Below the pieces are notes generated by a model. That model worked only from the letters and a program-made list of their open reading frames with translations. It made no database searches and had not been told where the DNA came from. 64,000 bases of DNA from an uncultured Gemmatimonadaceae bacterium (lineage in GTDB: Bacteria; Gemmatimonadota; Gemmatimonadetes; Gemmatimonadales; Gemmatimonadaceae): assembly GCA_963817955.1 (NCBI GenBank), contig CAWFQK010000002.1, forward strand, positions 352,001-416,000. The letters run 5' to 3'. The translations under genes were made by a program, and so were the position numbers. Positions 63,039 to 64,000 of the stretch are shown piece after piece (within the stretch, counting starts at the first letter, position 1; each line of letters starts with the position of its first letter).

Positions 63039-63287
63039 TCAGGACCTCGTCACCCTTCTCTTACGCATTTTCGAGGGCGACACTCCCGCGAGAATGGCGA
63101 GCAGGCGCTCGTTCGGCACGACGATTATTGAATCGGCGTATTTGCGCATCTCGGCGATGCCGCGCTCTGCCTGCCGCATGTGAGTGGCCCCTTCAAGGTC
63201 GAAAGGCTGGGTCGCGACACCGACCGTGAACGCACCAGCTCGCTTCGCCAGCTCAGCGACCACAGGAGGAGCAGCACCCGTTCCGCT
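63039..63287 (-). pseudogene. ftsZ: Degraded internal fragment of ftsZ
   Basis: GTGAAPPVVAELAKRAGAFTVGVATQPFDLEG..MRQAERGIAEMRKYADSIIVVPNERLL, then KGDEVL in a shifted frame. Confidence 0.75.
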
Positions 63288-63366
63288 TCGTGAGGCGCGT
63301 AGCCCGGTCGTTATCCTGAGTGCGATGCGACCAAGGATCCCCTCGTCCCGCACGGCCCCCCGCACG

Positions 63367-63999
63367 TTACCGGTGCGTCCAGATCAGCAACACCTTGCAC
63401 GCCTTGCCCGGTCGCCGATACGCCGACGGGGCACTGCCCTTGTCATACAGCTCAACCGCCGCGATCAGATCCGAAGGCACCGTGGCAAGGCTCTCCGTGA
63501 ACCAAATGCCGTCCACGTACGTGTCTATTGGACAGGTCGCATGCCCGTCATGCAGAAGGCCACTCGGCTGCGTCGCTTCAAGGTGCATCGAGCCGAACGC
63601 ATCGAGGTCTGCAGGCAGGTCGAGTCCGACCCGCGCCGTAGGAGGCGGCATCGGCACCAGTGTCAACCCGGGAAAGCGGCTCGCCAGAATGTTGGCCAGG
63701 GGTCGCTGACCCTCGCGCCGCAAGATGGAATCAGTCAGGAAGTGGCCGACTCCCATCCGACGCCGAACTTCGAATTCGGTGAGCGACGCCGGGGTCGCCC
63801 GATCTTCAATCGTCACCCGTTCGAGCTCGGCCGCGGTCCGACGCAATACGAAGTCGAACTCGGCGGTGTCGCCGTACACCGACAACTCCGTCTCGATGGA
63901 GACGTACCCCACCCGGCGTAGGCGCACGCTGTGCATCCCGCTCGCTACGCGCTGCATGATCGCCCGCCCGCCTGTGTCGGTTCTGACGAGACGCGTGGG
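63367..63999 (-). CDS. Carboxypeptidase-regulatory-like / TonB-plug-like secreted protein (partial, continues past window end)
   Basis: VRLRRVGY, LERVTI, FEVRRRMGVGHFLT, CPIDTYVDG, IAAVELY, C-terminal CKVLLIWT. Confidence 0.7.
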   Translation of the reverse strand, partial: PTRLVRTDTGGRAIMQRVASGMHSVRLRRVGYVSIETELSVYGDTAEFDFVLRRTAAELERVTIEDRATPASLTEFEVRRRMGVGHFLTDSILRREGQRPLANILASRFPGLTLVPMPPPTARVGLDLPADLDAFGSMHLEATQPSGLLHDGHATCPIDTYVDGIWFTESLATVPSDLIAAVELYDKGSAPSAYRRPGKACKVLLIWTHR

Positions 64000-64000
64000 A

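Overview
High-GC bacterial chromosomal window. Gene content and order look Gemmatimonadota-like, which is an inference from protein style, not a database result. About 60 kb is dense housekeeping DNA. It carries a nucleoside salvage block (punA, add, udk); PhoB/PhoR-like two-component genes with PAP2, GT4, PiT and DUF47; rhomboid, dnaK and degP; metY-metX; tRNA-Leu(UAG); tig-clpP-clpX-lon-engB, with a 1-nt frameshift in lon; a GspE/PilB-type ATPase running in frame into a NUDIX domain; trpE; an FHA-GAF class III cyclase with LPS-core genes; maf and dtd; marR-yceI; glmM-glmS; purD, mutM and a UvrC-like gene; ubiE/menG; and an ECF sigma / anti-sigma / bactofilin-like cluster. The last ~3.2 kb is a decayed accessory patch: a duplicated intergenic module (one copy carrying a 19 x 21-nt array), a DUF62 remnant, a broken IS1182-like transposase and an ftsZ fragment. 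The most striking observation is the metY-metX leader (22460-22795, minus strand). It reads, in order: a sigma70 promoter, a SAM-II-like riboswitch with its own intrinsic terminator, a 33-codon Met/Cys-rich leader peptide missed by the ORF track, and a second terminator with a matching antiterminator. This is an apparent tandem of a riboswitch and a ribosome-stalling attenuator.
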